Shown here piece by piece: positions 61,701 to 64,000 of a stretch of 64,000 nt of DNA. Origin of the DNA: the human T2T-CHM13v2.0 reference genome, Homo sapiens. The stretch is from assembly GCF_009914755.1 (NCBI RefSeq), contig NC_060943.1. The stretch is one strand, 5' to 3'. The notes beneath the pieces were generated by a model, which did not search any database, was not told where the DNA came from, and saw only the letters and a program-made list of their open reading frames with translations. Position 1 is the first letter of the stretch. Each line of letters begins with the position of its first letter. A program made the translations under genes and the position numbers.

Positions 61701-64000
61701 AGAATTCTCAGTAACTTCCTTGTGTTGTGTGTATTCAACTCACAGAGTTGAACGATCCTTTACACAGAGCAGACTTGAAACACTCTTTTTGTGGAATTTG
61801 CAAGTGGAGATTTCAGCCGCTTTGAGGTCAATGGTAGAATAGGAAATATCTTCCTATAGAAACTAGACAGAATGATTCTCAGAAACTCCTTTGTGATGTG
61901 TGCGTTCAACTCACAGAGTTTAACCTTTCTTTTCATAGAGCAGTTGGGAAACACTCTGTTTGTAAAGTCTGCAAGTGGATATTCAGACCTCCTTGAGGCT
62001 TTCGTTGGAAACGGGATTTCTTCATATTCTGCTAGAAAGAAGAATTCTCAGTAACTTCCTTGTGTTGTGTGTATTCAACTCACAGAGTTGAACGATCCTT
62101 TACACAGAGCAGACTTGAAACACTCTTTTTGTGGAATTTGCAAGTGGAGATTTCAGCCGCTTTGAGTTCAATGGTAGAATAGGAAATATCTTCCTATAGA
62201 AACTAGACAGAATGATTCTCAGAAACTCCTTTGTGATGTGTGCGTTCAACTCACAGAGTTCAACCTTTCTTTTCATAGAGCAGTTGGGAAACACTCTGTT
62301 TGTAAAGTCTGCAAGTGGATATTCAGACTTCTTTGAGGCCTTCGTTGGAAGCGGGATTTCTTCATATTCTGCTAGACAGAAGAATTCTCAGTAACTGCCT
62401 TGTGTTGTGTGTATTCAACTCACAGAGTTGAACGATCCTTTACACAGAGCAGACTTGAAACACTCTTTTTGTGGAATTTGCAAGTGGAGATTTCAGCCGC
62501 TTTGAGGTCAATGGTAGAATAGGAAATATCTTCCTATAGAAACTAGACAGAATGATTCTCAGAAACTCCTTTGTGATGTGTGCGTTCAACTCACAGAGTT
62601 TACCCTTTCTTTTCATAGAGCAGTTAGGAAACACTCTGTTTGTAAAGTCTGCAAGTGGATATTCAGACATCCTTGAGGCTTTCGTTGGAAACGGGATTTC
62701 TTCATATTCTGCTAGAAAGGAGAATTCTCAGTAACTTCCTTGTGTTGTGTGTATTCAACTCACAGAGTTGAACGATCCTTTACACAGAGCAGACTTGAAG
62801 CACTCTTTTTGTGGAATTTGCAAGTGGAGATTTCAGCCGCTTTGAGGTCAATGGTAGAATAGGAAATATCTTCCTATAGAAACTAGACAGAATGATTCTC
62901 AGAAACTCCTTTGTGATGTGTGCGTTCAACTCACAGAGTTTAACCTTTCTTTTCATAGAGCAGTTAGGAAACACTCTGTTTGTAAAGTCTGCAAGTGGAT
63001 ATTCAGACATCCTTGAGGCTTTCGTTGGAAACGGGATTTCTTCATATTCTGCTAGAAAAAAGAATTCTCAGTAACTTCCTTGTGTTGTGTGTATTCAACT
63101 CATAGAGTTGAACGATCCTTTACACAGAGCAGACTTGAAACACTCTTTTTGTGGAATTTGCAAGTGGAGATTTCAGCCGCTTTGAGTTCAATGGTAGAAT
63201 AGGAAATATCTTCCTATAGAAACTAGACAGAATGATTCTCAGAAACTCCTTTGTGATGTGTGCGTTCAACTCACAGAGTTCAACCTTTCTTTTCATAGAG
63301 CAGTTGGGAAACACTCTGTTTGTAAAGTCTGCAAGTGGATATTCAGACTTCTTTGAGGCCTTCGTTGGAAGCGGGATTTCTTCATGTTCTGCTAGACAGA
63401 AGAATTCTCAGTAACTGCCTTGTGTTGTGTGTATTCAACTCACAGAGTTGAACGATCCTTTACACAGAGCAGACTTGAAACACTCCTTTTGTGGAATTTG
63501 CAAGTGGAGATTTCAGCCGCTTTGAGGTCAATGGTAGAATAGGAAATATCTTCCTATAGAAACTAGACAGAATGATTCTCAGAAACTCCTTTGTGATGTG
63601 TGCGTTCAACTCACAGAGTTTAACCTTTCTTTTCATAGAGCAGTTAGGAAACACTCTGTTTGTAAAGTCTGCAAGTGGATATTCAGACATCCTTGAGGCT
63701 TTCGTTGGAAACGGGATTTCTTCATATTCTGCTAGAAAGAAGAATTCTCAGTAACTTCCTTGTGTTGTGTGTATTCAACTCACAGAGTTGAACGATCCTT
63801 TACACAGAGCAGACTTGAAACACTCTTTTTGTGGAATTTGCAAGTGGAGATTTCAGCCGCTTTGAGGTCAATGGTAGAATAGGAAATATCTTCCTATAGA
63901 AACTAGACAGAATGATTCTCAGAAACTCCTTTGTGATGTGTGCGTTCAACTCACAGAGTTTAACCTTTCTTTTCATAGAGCAGTTAGGAAACACTCTGTT

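Larger units (their letters stand above)
1..64000 (+). repeat. Alpha satellite array, 340-bp dimeric repeat (~188 dimers), SF1 J1/J2 type, most consistent with the chr1/5/19 live array (D1Z7/D5Z2/D19Z3)
   Basis: CAGAAACTCCTTTGTGATGTGTGCGTTCAACTCACAGAG recurs at 1, 341, 681... The period is 340 bp, broken only by three 1-bp indels. Classic alphoid motifs are present, with a CENP-B box in alternate monomers and GAATTC once per dimer. Identity as alpha satellite is near certain; the chr1/5/19 assignment is from recognition, not a search. Confidence 0.97.

Noticed and set aside
221-63994. Hundreds of 60-97 aa ORFs on both strands (MILRNSFVMCAF..., MFPNCSMKRK...)
   Set aside because: They are chance open frames of the 340-bp repeat, recurring in each unit. 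They resemble no protein family I recognise, and their lengths are set by satellite variants. They are useful only as a haplotype readout.
1-64000. CRISPR-like or cassette-like system (constant repeats with variable parts)
   Set aside because: There are no unique spacers and no cas, recombinase or reverse transcriptase genes; variation is a few linked substitutions in a continuous satellite.
1-64000. Embedded transposon, inversion or foreign insert
   Set aside because: The 340-bp phase and orientation hold throughout, apart from 1-bp indels at ~4427, ~11226 and ~45892; no non-alphoid sequence was seen.
1-64000. Assignment to a specific chromosome or to the active kinetochore (CENP-A/hypomethylated) site
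   Set aside because: Chr1, 5 and 19 share this repeat family, and chromatin state cannot be read from sequence; mapping and epigenetic data are needed.
1-64000. A single strict longer HOR (e.g. a regular 6-mer or 12-mer) across the window
   Set aside because: Only two monomer classes are present and duplication offsets vary from 4 to 49 dimers; no constant period beyond 340 bp holds across the window.
1-64000. Haplotype order as a functional code
   Set aside because: The order is adequately explained by nested duplication, deletion and conversion; nothing in the sequence indicates it is read. A modelled (GRCh38-style) array is also unlikely, given long-range collinear rare variants.

Overview
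The entire 64 kb window is one uninterrupted head-to-tail array of human-type centromeric alpha satellite in a single orientation. The basic unit is a 340-bp dimer: a 169-bp CENP-B-box monomer plus a 171-bp monomer lacking the box, with one EcoRI site per dimer. There are about 188 copies, differing by only a few bases each. This fits the suprachromosomal family 1 (J1/J2) dimer of the chr1/5/19 live array (D1Z7/D5Z2/D19Z3); I cannot tell which chromosome. I see no genes, RNA genes, transposon insertions or inversions, and the ORF track only reflects the repeat. The sequence does not support a new gene-based system. What stands out is structure encoded in the variants. Three main dimer haplotypes are ordered in a recurrent ~10-dimer super-repeat. 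Nested block duplications occur at offsets of 4, 6, 7, 10, 15, 17, 18, 20, 23/24, 35 and 49 dimers, several with breakpoints mappable to under 60 bp. There are also chimeric dimers, conversion tracts, clustered multi-nucleotide mutations and a near-fixed hairpin in the box-less monomer. All counts were made by eye and should be confirmed computationally.
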